The notes under the pieces: model-generated
Databases searched by the model: none
Seen by the model: the letters and a program-made list of their open reading frames with translations, nothing else
Told to the model about the DNA's origin: nothing
Assembly: GCA_963811105.1 (NCBI GenBank)
Contig: CAWEPZ010000002.1
Span: 288,001 to 352,000, forward strand
DNA from: Candidatus Bathyarchaeota archaeon
GTDB taxonomy: Archaea > Thermoproteota > Bathyarchaeia > Bathyarchaeales > Bathycorpusculaceae
Direction of reading: 5' to 3'
DNA: 64,000 bases
Shown: piece after piece, positions 1 to 9,936 of the stretch
Numbering within the stretch: position 1 is the stretch's first letter
Layout: the number at the start of each line of letters is the position of its first letter
Translations under genes and position numbers: made by a program

Positions 1-2
1 CT

Positions 3-833
3 ACAGCAATAGCGTGCGCTGCTCTGGGTTTGAAAGCTGAAGTATACATGGGCACAGAAGATTGCGAGCGTCAGAGGCTTAACGTTTTCCGAATGAAACT
101 TCTAAACGCGAAGGTGCACCCCGTGGAGACGGGCTCAAAAACGCTAAAGGACTCCATAAACGAAGCCTTCCGCGATTGGGTTACAAATTTACAAGACACA
201 TATTATTTAATCGGCTCAGTTGTGGGTCCGCATCCTTATCCTATGATTGTCAGAGATTTCCAAAGCGTAATCGGCAAAGAACTCAAAGAACAATTCCACA
301 AAAAAGAAAACCGACTTCCCGATGCTCTGGTTGCTTGCGTTGGCGGCGGAAGTAACGCCATAGGCACATTTTACCCCTTCGAAGACGATGCCTCCGTACA
401 GCTTTTTGGTGTCGAAGCTGCCGGAAAAGGCTTAGAAACAGGAAAACACGCAGCGTCACTTGGCGCAGGAGCCGAAGGCGTCTTCCACGGCATGTTAACC
501 TATGTCCTCCAAGATAGCAACGGGCAAATACAAAACACAACCAGCATTTCAGCAGGCTTAGACTATCCTGGCGTTGGACCGGAACATTCCCTCCTAAAAA
601 CGCTCAAAAGAGCAAAATACGTTTCAGCCACAGATAAGGAAGCAGTAGAAGCGTTTCTAACTTTGTCCCGAGAAGAGGGCATTCTTCCTGCCTTAGAATC
701 TTCACACGCAGTCGCCTACGCCATGAAGTTAGCTCCTCAAATGAAGAAGACCCAATCAATCGTTGTGACGTTATCTGGGCGAGGAGACAAAGACGTAGAA
801 ACAATCGCAGACTACATAGGGGCAAAAATATGA
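3..833 (+). CDS. trpB: Tryptophan synthase beta chain (5' truncated by window edge)
   Basis: [51 protein letters not shown] motifs; frame is open from base 3. Confidence 0.97.
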   Translation, partial: TAIACAALGLKAEVYMGTEDCERQRLNVFRMKLLNAKVHPVETGSKTLKDSINEAFRDWVTNLQDTYYLIGSVVGPHPYPMIVRDFQSVIGKELKEQFHKKENRLPDALVACVGGGSNAIGTFYPFEDDASVQLFGVEAAGKGLETGKHAASLGAGAEGVFHGMLTYVLQDSNGQIQNTTSISAGLDYPGVGPEHSLLKTLKRAKYVSATDKEAVEAFLTLSREEGILPALESSHAVAYAMKLAPQMKKTQSIVVTLSGRGDKDVETIADYIGAKI

Positions 834-1642
834 GCGATATAAAAGAAGCATTCCAAAAAGCCAAAGCAAAGGGAAACGGAGTTCTTATCGGCTACATTAT
901 GGCTGGAGACCCAACACCTGAATTGACACCAAAAATCGCTGAAGCCCTAATCCGTGGAGGAGTAGACATTTTGGAGATAGGATTGCCTTTTTCTGACCCG
1001 ATTGCAGATGGACCAACAATTCAAGCTGCGAGCGTACGAGCTTTGGCTGCTGGCACTACTCCCATTAAAGTGTTGGAAATCGCTAAGGAAATAAGACAAA
1101 GCCATAACGTTCCAATTGTAATAATGACATATTATAATCCAGTGTTCAGAATGGGGCTTGAAAAATTTTTCAGCTATACCAAAGAATACCTGGTTAACGG
1201 AGTCATTGTTCCTGATTTACCCGTAGAAGAAGCTGACGATCTTAGGAAAGCGGCAAGCAAGTCTGGAGTGGACACGATTTTTTTAGCCGCACCTTCTACC
1301 ACCAATGAGCGACTTGCAAGCATAATTGAGTCTTCTTCAGGATTCTTGTATCTGGTTTCGCATTTCGGAGTAACAGGAGCAAAAGCAGCAATAGAGGATT
1401 CAACAATCGAGCTTGTTAAGCGTGTTTTGCCTTTCACCTCTGCCAAGATACCTCTAGCAGTTGGGTTTGGAGTCTCAAAGCCTGAACACGTAAAGCGTAT
1501 CATTGCGGCAGGGGCTGATGGGGTAATTGTCGGAAGCGTTTTTGTTAACCTCATTCAAACACGTCAGGAAAACATTGACGCTCTCCTAAAAGAGTTGCAA
1601 GCGGCAGCATCTGATCTAAAAAAGGCAACAAGAAACTATTGA
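830..1642 (+). CDS. trpA: Tryptophan synthase alpha chain
   Basis: [38 protein letters not shown]; ATGA overlap with trpB. Confidence 0.97.
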   Translation: MSDIKEAFQKAKAKGNGVLIGYIMAGDPTPELTPKIAEALIRGGVDILEIGLPFSDPIADGPTIQAASVRALAAGTTPIKVLEIAKEIRQSHNVPIVIMTYYNPVFRMGLEKFFSYTKEYLVNGVIVPDLPVEEADDLRKAASKSGVDTIFLAAPSTTNERLASIIESSSGFLYLVSHFGVTGAKAAIEDSTIELVKRVLPFTSAKIPLAVGFGVSKPEHVKRIIAAGADGVIVGSVFVNLIQTRQENIDALLKELQAAASDLKKATRNY

Positions 1643-1746
1643 ACGCCTGGTCGATCCGATCAAATAATAAATCTTTGCCCGATTTTACTTAAAAAAACGA
1701 AATGAGCTTCATAAAAAAGGGGAAGCTGTGGCAGACGTTTTCAGTT

Positions 1747-2094
1747 TTAGATCCCAAGCCCTATTACTGCGATTCCCACCAATGCGAGTATTGCTACGAT
1801 TATTATGAAGATTATCACTGCCACTACTGCTATTGCGAACGCCATCAACCAGCCACAGTCAAAGAAGTGCTTAATCAGTGCAAGCCAAATTATGAACATA
1901 AGCACAGCTGCTATTAAACCGCCGAGGAAAACACCAACGATCGCGCCAATAACGACCCCCAGAACAACTATCCAGATAGCATCTGTGAACTTTGCTTTCT
2001 GTTTGCCTACAAGTGCTCTTCCAACAAGCCACAGTATGGGTGCAACAAAGATTACGGCTACGACGACGCTTATCAATAATCCAACTAAATCCAT
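1747..2094 (-). CDS. Small ~4-TM membrane protein, unknown function
   Basis: 115 aa almost entirely hydrophobic helices; the overlapping + strand ORFs are antisense shadows. Confidence 0.8.
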   Translation of the reverse strand: MDLVGLLISVVVAVIFVAPILWLVGRALVGKQKAKFTDAIWIVVLGVVIGAIVGVFLGGLIAAVLMFIIWLALIKHFFDCGWLMAFAIAVVAVIIFIIIVAILALVGIAVIGLGI

Positions 2095-2297
2095 ATCGTC
2101 ATTCCCACTTTCTTATGAAGAAGCGGGATTTATAAATTGGTTTGGTTGGATTAAAATTATATTAATTGGGTAGGGCACTTTTTTGCTTAATTGTTTACTG
2201 AATACTACTTGTGCAGTTTTTTGGCCTATTATCGCTGGTAAAATGGATCAAAAATTTCATACACAACATATAACCAAACCGTAATCATTGAGAACCC

Positions 2298-2897
2298 TCA
2301 ATCTTGAACTCCAAAAGTTACGTAACCAAGTGATATCGTATCCTTCGTAACTTGCGGAAAGTCAGCCACGATGCTTCCATCAAGTTTGACCCAGATTTCA
2401 TGCCAAGTGAACCTAGATATTTCGACTATAAAGTTTGAGGTTGAGTCCGGTTTGTTGTAGATGCTTATTACGGCTTCCCATTCACCGTTTGCTCCCTGTC
2501 AGCTCCAGAAGCAGAGGTACTCCATGCTTTTTTGGTAATAGTCGCCACTTGTACTGTTTCGGATTGAAATCCACTGCAATGTCGAGTCGCCAGTAAAGGC
2601 GGGATCTGCGTTGAACACTGTTAAAGGTTTTTGATCTTTTCAAAAGTTTGCAATTCTTGGGCAGTAAACTTGACCGTACCGGCTCCAAGATTTATCGGTT
2701 CATTACTTTCGGAAAGGCCATCGGAATAACCCTTATTATAACCTGTATTTTTACCAACCGGCACTGAATCCATTCTGATAACCCATATCATACTTTGCTC
2801 CGTTATTTGTATGAGCCAAAATCCAAACTGAAATATATCCACCAGTTATAATAACCATTAAAAACAAAGCAATTACAGCTGTTTGCTTCTTCAACAA
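2298..2897 (-). pseudogene. Fragmented membrane-anchored protein with GYxxG repeats
   Basis: Hand translation gives an N-terminal TM (LLKKQTAVIALFLMVIITGG), GYQNG/GYNKGYSDG repeats and a beta-rich C-terminus (GEWEAVISIYNK...VTFGVQD*), split over several frames and an in-frame stop. Confidence 0.55.
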
Positions 2898-3073
2898 GAA
2901 CTCTCTGGTTTAAAGAGCATTGGATTCAAATATAACAATTACCAACCATGGTCTACAAAATCTGGGTAAATGGCTATAATTAGGCTTATTTAGTTAAATA
3001 GCAGATAAATTAGCTTGAATTATGAAAAAACGTTAAAATGCCTGAGCCAGGAGTCTCCATTCTAACTTGATTG

Positions 3074-3283
3074 TCATTTTTGTTTCTTTGGTTTTCTTTC
3101 CCAAAACATGAGCCTTGAGCCTATGATCAATAACAATGCACCAACCAAAATTAACAAAACGACGTTAGTCATATGATTGTAATAATAATTTAAATTGTTG
3201 GTGAATTCCTCATAGAACAGGATGGTGATTAGTGCCAAACCAAATACAAAAAGAATCACAGCCAATAATCTTAATCGTCTCAT
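3074..3283 (-). CDS. Small 2-TM membrane protein
   Basis: Two hydrophobic segments and a basic C-tail. Confidence 0.6.
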   Translation of the reverse strand: MRRLRLLAVILFVFGLALITILFYEEFTNNLNYYYNHMTNVVLLILVGALLLIIGSRLMFWERKPKKQK

Positions 3284-3547
3284 AAAGACGCCACTGTTTT
3301 CTCATGTTTGACCGTGCTTAAAAAGATTTTACTTACTGTCTACTCGAGGTCAAATACAAAAAAGCATCTTGAATAATATTGGATGTAAGGTCTGGTGAAA
3401 TAGGGAAGAGAGTTTAAAGAAAGCTTTGCTTAGTTGTTAATCTATTTTTTCTCAAATTGAATAAAGAAATAACCAGGCGACATCATTCTTATATCATGCT
3501 AGATATCTCTCGTTAATCTTTTTTTCCAAAAGTACAGATTCGCTATT

Positions 3548-3819
3548 CTATGCATGTTGAATAATAATGTCTAAAAAGTACCTTGCAGGATTTTCTGTTT
3601 TGCCACGTGCCATGAACAGCACTGCTTTTGGAATGAATATGCACCCGTCTTTACCTATTCGTCCATAGAAGAACTCGTGACTACCCCCAAACCCACCTAT
3701 TCCAATACGCAGAAATTTGATCTGGCCAACTTGAACTACCCCTGAATAATCTTTGGAATCTGCACTTTATTGCATGCCTCAAGAGGCCGCCTAAACGCAA
3801 CTGATCCAGTTAAAAGCAT
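3548..3819 (-). pseudogene. Disrupted tandem AbrB/SpoVT-like DNA-binding protein
   Basis: MLLTGSVAFRRPLEACNKVQIPKIIQG*FKL, then frameshift to ...HEFFYGRIGKDGCIFIPKAVL...LDIIIQHA*; two swapped-hairpin-like motifs. Confidence 0.55.
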
Positions 3820-3830
3820 ACTCACGCATC

Positions 3831-3900
3831 ACTTTCATTGACTTATTTTGACTTTTCCGGACTTATTTCAACTTTTCTTGACTTTTTTTGACTCAACCAA
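3831..3900. repeat. Seven tandem degenerate 10-bp repeats (ACTTWTYYTG-like)
   Basis: actttcattg/acttattttg/acttttccgg/acttatttca/acttttcttg/actttttttg/actcaaccaa, exact 10-bp period. Confidence 0.8.
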
Positions 3901-4027
3901 CAAACCTTTCAAACCCTAAATCAAGAAAGCAACCTAAAACGCAAAGAAAAAATTACGCGAGAATAAAAAAGAAAACACAACCTACACCTGCGAAAGTTTT
4001 AAAGACTGTTCTGTGCCTTTAAGTCTC

Positions 4028-4346
4028 GGCGGTGGATCTTAGGCGGTGGGGTAGGGGTCCATTGTACCGTAAACCCTCTATACGACGGGCCGACATCTGC
4101 GGATGAGGCGCCGAAGGCCGTTTGGATCTTCATTTCCGAAACATTGACTATCCGTCCTTTGGGGCTGGCGGTCAATGGGCAGCTTCCGTAGGGGAGTTGT
4201 TTCATTGTTCACCAGGCGAACCCGGCTAGGCTCGGGAGAGAGCAACCTAAGTTTGGACGTTATGCGCTCAAGGGGGTGCGGGTAAGAGCGTAGGGTTTGA
4301 GGTTTCCAGGCGGAGTCTGGGCGTCAAACCGCAGTGGTCCACCGCT
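4028..4346 (+). ncRNA. ffs: Archaeal signal recognition particle (7S) RNA
   Basis: Terminal helix GGCGGTGGATC/GGTCCACCGCT; Alu-like TGTA motif; helix 6 GCAGCTTCC-GTAG-GGGAGTTGT; helix 8 TAGGCTC-GGGA-GAGAGCAA; GC-rich island; TATA-like TTTTAAA ~25-30 nt upstream. Confidence 0.93.
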
Positions 4347-4360
4347 ACTGCTTTGGTTGT

Positions 4361-4900
4361 TTACTTTGATTCATCTACACTTTTCTTATAAAGAGCTTTA
4401 TCGATTACTCTTGCATCCAGGTTTTGTTTGGCAGCAGTTTTCCTAATAGCCTCCAGCAGTTTTAGGTAATTCTGAGCCGAGTACATGTTAGGTGGCGGAT
4501 TTCCAAGCAGCCCCTTCCAAACAGCAAGGTCCAGGATGCAGTATTTTTTGGGATCAAAAAACGTTAAAATCACACTCGCTAACACAGGGCTGACTCCTTC
4601 CAGCAGCGTAAGGCAGTTCATTCGGTAAGCATCCTCACAAGAAGGAATATTCAACGCTTGGCTAGAAAGCCGAATCACATTTGCCTCATCATTTCGAGCA
4701 ACCAATCCCAAAGCCCGCGTCTTCTTCTCAGGTTCATCTCTGAACTTCCACTCAACAACCTGAGCTAAATCACCACAAGTCAACGTTTTTGTCTTTCGAA
4801 ATTTAGCACCTAACTCCCGTTCCCTCTGTGCTTGCCAACCGAAACTTTTATCGTATTTGCGGCTCCATATCAAGAAAGCAGCTTTGTCCAAGCAATTCAC
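4361..4900 (-). CDS. Uncharacterised HhH-GPD-like (DNA glycosylase-like) protein
   Basis: VVEWK, HhH-like LEGVSPVLASVIL, downstream P..Y.ILD, C-terminal R.IDKALY. Confidence 0.6.
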   Translation of the reverse strand: MNCLDKAAFLIWSRKYDKSFGWQAQRERELGAKFRKTKTLTCGDLAQVVEWKFRDEPEKKTRALGLVARNDEANVIRLSSQALNIPSCEDAYRMNCLTLLEGVSPVLASVILTFFDPKKYCILDLAVWKGLLGNPPPNMYSAQNYLKLLEAIRKTAAKQNLDARVIDKALYKKSVDESK

Positions 4901-4983
4901 CTGCAGCGAAATAATTGAGAAATTGCTTGAATTTCTGCCTTTTGCCTAAAACAGTCAAAAACAAATAAAGAAAAAGTTGAAGG

Positions 4984-5109
4984 TTAATTTTGGTCTACTA
5001 GATGGGCTGTTCCGTCTGGGCAGTATACTTTTTCGTCTTTGTTTACGCGTCTGTATCGTTCACTGCACATTTGCAGGAGCGTGCAGCCGTCGCAGTCTCT
5101 ACTCAGCAT
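4984..5109 (-). CDS. 41-aa Cys-rich micro-protein
   Basis: GGAGG RBS then MLSRDCDGCTLLQMCSERYRRVNKDEKVYCPDGTAHLVDQN*; below the ORF-track cutoff. Confidence 0.7.
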   Translation of the reverse strand: MLSRDCDGCTLLQMCSERYRRVNKDEKVYCPDGTAHLVDQN

Positions 5110-5195
5110 TTCTTCGCCTCCTTAGGGCTTTTCAGAATGCTCGGAATTATCTTATAAGGCTATGTAACATGCATATATATACACAGGCAAGCGAA

Positions 5196-5302
5196 TTAGC
5201 CACGTTTCTTGCTTATGATGCAGGTTTTGTAAGCGATGCAGTCTTCCGAGCAGTACATGGCTGTTTGAGTTTTTGGCAATCCAACACTATTGTGCGGTTC
5301 AA
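5196..5302 (-). pseudogene. Cys-rich micro-protein with apparent 1-nt deletion
   Basis: GAGGTGA RBS + TTG; MNRTIVLDCQKLKQP, then shifted MYCSEDCIAYKTCIISKKRG*. Confidence 0.4.
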
Positions 5303-5851
5303 GCTTTAGTCACCTCGCCAAATGATGATGCTCTTAACGCTTGTTGAAGAGGGGAAAGGGTGTCCCTCAGGAACATTAATGGCTAGGCAAACAAGCCTAA
5401 ACAAGCCAATATGGGGATAGCTAAATTCAAACACGGCATTTCCATCCAGTTTCTGCTCTGCTCTGAAAGCCAAAGTGTTAATTTGAGATATAAAGCGATT
5501 TGAGAAGTGTTCATATTTATTAAGAAAGACCGTGCAAACTACATAAAATTTCGTACGATGTGTCTGTAGTCTATTGTGAAATCGTGAAAAAGTGGACAAA
5601 ACAATAACTGGCTACTATTAACTGATGTTTTCATTGTTGTTACAGTTGTACATTCACACACAAAACACAAGAGGGACAAGTTTTAATTTGAATTGCGTGC
5701 AGTTAAGACTTCAATGTCAAGGATTTTGTTTTTCTGTGATTGTTTTTTTTGACCGCTCTGATATTCAGTTTGGTAAATGCTAAACTTACTTTCTTAATAG
5801 GTCTGAATAATAGTTTGCCCTCAACTTAGCGTAATAGCTGGTAACCGAAAA

Positions 5852-6130
5852 GTGTCGCTGCAAAATAAGTCGGCCACAAAATCAACGGCCGTTCGCCAGG
5901 AGTACAATGCCACAGATTTGTGGATCCGAGTAGAATTGCACGAGCCCCAAAGCAAACATGCCGCTAAGACTCAGAAACACTTGCTCTTTTGCCTCCGCCG
6001 TTCAGCTCCATTACGACGGATAATAAGCGACAACGCCCAAGAAGCTAGAAAGCCGAAGAAAAGCAAGTGCCACTTGAGTTATAGTCGAATATTATGTTCG
6101 TGCTCAGCTTCCGCAGAGCGCAGGGTATAA
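5852..6130 (+). CDS. Hypothetical protein (uncertain)
   Basis: 92-aa ORF fills an otherwise empty gap; no recognisable motif. Confidence 0.3.
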   Translation: MSLQNKSATKSTAVRQEYNATDLWIRVELHEPQSKHAAKTQKHLLFCLRRSAPLRRIISDNAQEARKPKKSKCHLSYSRILCSCSASAERRV

Positions 6131-6147
6131 ACGATTTGATTAAGGGA

Positions 6148-6795
6148 CTATTTTTTCTGGTGGTTTCTCTGAGGTCTATGAGTAGACCAGCATTTTTGAC
6201 AATAAATAGGTCGATCTTGGCGTGGCTGGAACGGCACTTGGCATTCGCAGCCGCAGTCACTGCAAACTGCTTTGTAAACGAGTTCAGGGTGAAACGACTT
6301 AAACAAATGGTAATTCCTAAGGCGTGGCCACCCTGTTTTAGCATAACGTAGCATTTCAGGTTTATCTTTTAACCAACGCATCATATGAAAGAAGCTTTTG
6401 CCTCTTTTTTCTTCCCTTTGAGCTAACGGTTCGTAACCTAGATTGCGGATTTCATCTAGGTAAGCAATTTCCACTAATCTTTGCGCTTCGCCCACAACTC
6501 TTATACGTTTAACTCGATCTTCACCATAAATTTTACGTAGTTCCTCAGCGGCTACATCAAAAATACAGCCTTGACAAATATGAACCGCCTCGTCAGCTCT
6601 TAGGCTAAACAACGCAACAAGCTTAGATACGACACGAGAAGATTCTTGCAGGTACTCTTTTTCCCGAAAGTTTTCTTGATAGAACTTTACATCGATAAGG
6701 TCATATTTGAATTCGCCTGTTTCCTCACGGTATGCGCCGACTACAACGCCAAAAAGCAAGTCGCCGCTGCCTGCATCGTCAACGATAACTGTCAA
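6148..6795 (-). CDS. RNase H-like fold protein fused to a C-terminal CxxC-x17-CxxC zinc domain
   Basis: N-terminal VIVDDAGSG resembles the RNase HII DEAGRG strand; C-terminal YKAVCSDCGCECQVPFQPRQDRPIYCQKCW. Confidence 0.75.
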   Translation of the reverse strand: MTVIVDDAGSGDLLFGVVVGAYREETGEFKYDLIDVKFYQENFREKEYLQESSRVVSKLVALFSLRADEAVHICQGCIFDVAAEELRKIYGEDRVKRIRVVGEAQRLVEIAYLDEIRNLGYEPLAQREEKRGKSFFHMMRWLKDKPEMLRYAKTGWPRLRNYHLFKSFHPELVYKAVCSDCGCECQVPFQPRQDRPIYCQKCWSTHRPQRNHQKK

Positions 6796-6959
6796 AGATT
6801 AGTGCCTCTCTCTTCTTTCAAATGCAATGCTTCATTCTTGTATAAAAATAATGTTCCTAAAAATCAAGAGAGCTAAGGTGTTTGATAGTAAAATTCAACC
6901 AAAAGAAGAAACCGACAAGATTTAGGTCAAATGAATGATTTAGGCTAATTTTCAAGCAG

Positions 6960-7616
6960 TTATTTAACTGATGCCAACGCTAACTCTTGATTAACGCTTT
7001 TATCAGGGCTCTGTAGTATGCTGACAGCTCCTTTCTTTCCAAGTCGAAGTTGTCTTTCGCCTCTGAAAGCTCTCACGTGAGCATTCTTGATTTCAATGTT
7101 TTCGCCAACTGCTATAGAGTTTATTTGTCCTTCCCAAAGGCAAAGCTTGATTTTTCCAGTTTTGTCTCCAACCAAAGCATTAACTACCATGACGGTATTG
7201 CCAAAATGCGTGTGAACCTGCGCTGGCTTAGGCATCTCAAGAACCTCAGCTTTCATATTGATCCGTTTCATACCGGCTCTCAAATTCTCTACCGTAGTAA
7301 GAACCGAGTCGGTATTCTGTTTTGCAATTTTTTTCCGTATTTTGTCGCTTTGCATCCAGCTTTCAAATGGATTATCTTTTCTTAGGAGAAATTCTTCATT
7401 AACTCTGAACTGCGCCACCACATTGTTCTCTTCTTTTATTAAGAAAATAACGCCGCCTTTCACTTTACCACGATATTCAACAGTTAGGTTGCCACAAGTA
7501 GCTTTTTCGTTGTTTCTTGCTGCAATTAGGGCTTGGAAAACTTCGGCGGGGTAAATGCTATGTTTTACTGAAAGAAGAGCAATATACTCGCCTAAGGTTG
7601 ATTTTTTCTGTCTCAA
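6960..7616 (-). CDS. OB-fold single-stranded nucleic-acid-binding protein (SSB/RPA-like) with N-terminal extension
   Basis: VGDKTGKIKLCLWEGQ...IEIKNAHVRAFRGERQLRLGKKG matches the crenarchaeal SSB-type OB fold. Confidence 0.85.
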   Translation of the reverse strand: MRQKKSTLGEYIALLSVKHSIYPAEVFQALIAARNNEKATCGNLTVEYRGKVKGGVIFLIKEENNVVAQFRVNEEFLLRKDNPFESWMQSDKIRKKIAKQNTDSVLTTVENLRAGMKRINMKAEVLEMPKPAQVHTHFGNTVMVVNALVGDKTGKIKLCLWEGQINSIAVGENIEIKNAHVRAFRGERQLRLGKKGAVSILQSPDKSVNQELALASVK

Positions 7617-7965
7617 ATTCGCTTTCCCACATTAACTAGACAAAAGAGAAAAAGCAAGAATCTATTCATCCTTTTTCTCAATATCTTGAATTAGACATTC
7701 ATATTGGCGGGTTACCTATATTAGTCTGACTGTGAAAAAGCGATTATTACCGTTTGAGTCTATCGGCTTGAAGAGCTTACTAATCAGCCTTTTTTTTGTC
7801 ATTCTACGGATAAACCAAAACTGAAAAATTTTTGCGGGTTGAATAGCAATGATTATTCCGTGTTTAAAGAGCATTCAATTTATAAGCGTGAAGAACAAGT
7901 TAATGGAGTGTTGTGTGAAAACCAATTTTTTGCACAAGAAATGTAGTAGGAGTTGAAATAGCAAA

Positions 7966-8106
7966 ATGTATAACAACCGAGAAATGCACAAGGCAACTTG
8001 CGCTGACTGCGGAAAAGAATGTGACGTTCCTTTCAAGCCAGACGGTACAAGGCCAGTTTATTGCCGTGAGTGCTACGCAAAAAGACGACCACCAAGAAGA
8101 TATTAA
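7966..8106 (+). CDS. Stand-alone CxxC-x17-CxxC protein (46 aa)
   Basis: MYNNREMHKATCADCGKECDVPFKPDGTRPVYCRECYAKRRPPRRY*; GGAG upstream; missed by ORF track. Confidence 0.92.
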   Translation: MYNNREMHKATCADCGKECDVPFKPDGTRPVYCRECYAKRRPPRRY

Positions 8107-8139
8107 GCTAATTAGCTGAACATCTTTACAAGTCTTAAC

Positions 8140-8250
8140 TTATTTTTTCTTTTTTTATTTTTTATAATCTTTTTCCTTTAAGGTTAGTCTTATTTTTTTG
8201 GGTTTTCAGTTTAATTGAACCTGTTGGTTCAAGTTTTTCTCTTTTTTTAG
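8140..8250 (+). terminator. Long oligo-T tracts after the CxxC-x17-CxxC gene
   Basis: Multiple T6-T7 runs, typical of archaeal termination. Confidence 0.5.
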
Positions 8251-8426
8251 AAGAAATGAGGTTAGTTCGGGCTTGCTATTAGAAAAGCTGGTGGATGTGG
8301 TGTTGTGTGTTTGAATTTTGTGAACTTTTTTGTTATTGTGGGAAGAAGACTTGTTTGTCAGCTAGCTATTAGAGTTTTTATAGAAGTGACAAGATTAAAA
8401 GATAATGAAGATTGGAGTTGGAATAA

Positions 8427-8756
8427 TTGACATTTGTTAAAGTTGCGGAAACCTCAGAAATATCACCGGGGCAAATGAAGATGGTAAAGCTTGCCGAAAA
8501 AGAAGTAGTGATAGCCAACTTAAACGACGTCTATTACGCCATGGAAAATAGTTGCACACACATGCACGGCGACCTTTCAAAGGGAATATTGGAGGGAAAT
8601 ACATTAACGTGTCCTAAGCATAAGGCCAAGTTTGACGTCAAAACGGGCAAAGTCGTTTCTGGCCCAAAGATTCCTTTGATGCACCCGAAAATCAAAGATG
8701 CTTTTGTTTATACTGTCAAGATTGAAGGGAATGATATTCTGATCCAATCTCAATAA
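8427..8756 (+). CDS. Rieske-type [2Fe-2S] ferredoxin
   Basis: CTH...CPKH..FD..TG motif. Confidence 0.92.
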   Translation: MTFVKVAETSEISPGQMKMVKLAEKEVVIANLNDVYYAMENSCTHMHGDLSKGILEGNTLTCPKHKAKFDVKTGKVVSGPKIPLMHPKIKDAFVYTVKIEGNDILIQSQ

Positions 8757-9132
8757 AAGTTGCAGGATACCCCAAAGGCTTTCCAAAATCTGGGGGAATA
8801 GAGGGAGAGAGGTCTGTCGGAAAATAGCTTATCATCAGAGCACTGTAGCTTTTCTGCAGTTTCCCATAAGATTCTTAATCATATAATTACTTTAGAAGGG
8901 GTGAAAACTAAAATGGGCAGAACTGCATTTAAGGAATACAAATTCGTTACTGAAATAACAGAGAATTGGATTAAAACAGCTTACCCACAGCAACTAGTAG
9001 ATATTTTTCTCCCTTTATTAACTTGAAAAAATTGTTTGGGTAAGATTTGCAAGACAATAAATAGCGACCAGAGATTATGTTAACGAAATTATTATAATCC
9101 ACCCTCGAATAACAATCAGTAAGGCCACAACT

Positions 9133-9912
9133 ATGAAACAATTCCTAATTACTCCCGCAGCAGGAAAACGCTTAATTGCCAAAACCCTATCAAACCACCC
9201 AGCAATCAAAAAAGCCCTCAAAAACGGAACGCTCGTGATTGTTGCTGGAACAACCAATGGTTACGTGGCTGAAGAAATTTTCAGAACTAACAATATTTCA
9301 AACGATTTCTCTAGGGGACGATTCTTTAGGGGAATTATATTGCCACCGACTCACTCAGTAAATGTTGAGGGAAGGCTTGCTGATGGAACCAATTTTCCTG
9401 GTGACGTTGTAATAACTGAGGGTGTTTGGCAAAAAGGCAAAACAATTGCTCACGTGATTGACACACTCAAAGAAGGCGATGTAATCTTGAAGGGTGCAAA
9501 CGCTTTAGATCTTACGCGTAAACAGGCAGCAATTCTGATTGGTCACCCGAAAGCTGGAACCATAGGTTTAGCCCTACCTGCCATAGTGGGACGTAGAGTA
9601 AAACTCATAATACCCGTAGGCATTGAGAAGCGTGTAAACGGCGATTTAACTTCTTTGGCGGAAAAGCTTAATGCACCTGGGTTAAGTGGGTATCGTTTGT
9701 TGCCTGTTGTTGGAGAAGTATTTACTGAGTTGGACGCGTTAACTGCTTTAACTGGCGCTGATGTGGAATTGATTGCTGCTGGCGGTGTTTGTGGCGCCGA
9801 AGGCTCTAGTTGGATAGCTGTGTTTGGGACTATAGAACAAGAAGAGTTTGCCGCTGAGATTATTGCTTCAATAAACTGTGAACCAGCATTTAGTCTCGAA
9901 AAAACAAAATGA
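9133..9912 (+). CDS. Conserved hypothetical protein (possible NagB/RpiA/CoA-transferase-like fold)
   Basis: [17 protein letters not shown]-like and [10 protein letters not shown] motifs; function unknown. Confidence 0.7.
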   Translation: MKQFLITPAAGKRLIAKTLSNHPAIKKALKNGTLVIVAGTTNGYVAEEIFRTNNISNDFSRGRFFRGIILPPTHSVNVEGRLADGTNFPGDVVITEGVWQKGKTIAHVIDTLKEGDVILKGANALDLTRKQAAILIGHPKAGTIGLALPAIVGRRVKLIIPVGIEKRVNGDLTSLAEKLNAPGLSGYRLLPVVGEVFTELDALTALTGADVELIAAGGVCGAEGSSWIAVFGTIEQEEFAAEIIASINCEPAFSLEKTK

Positions 9913-9936
9913 AAAAAAAGATTGTTTGGTTTTAAT

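Noticed and set aside
1702-1917. Cys/His/Tyr-rich ORF that looks like a metallothionein
   Set aside because: Shadow of the Val/Ile/Ala codons of the membrane gene on the opposite strand
2500-2520. In-frame TGA as selenocysteine or readthrough
   Set aside because: The same gene has several frameshifts; ordinary decay is simpler
3831-3900. Possible CRISPR remnant
   Set aside because: 10-bp period with no spacers
3999-4205. 68-aa ORF on the minus strand
   Set aside because: Antisense to the SRP RNA
5306-5599. 97-aa ORF on the minus strand
   Set aside because: AT-rich promoter-like region, no RBS or motif
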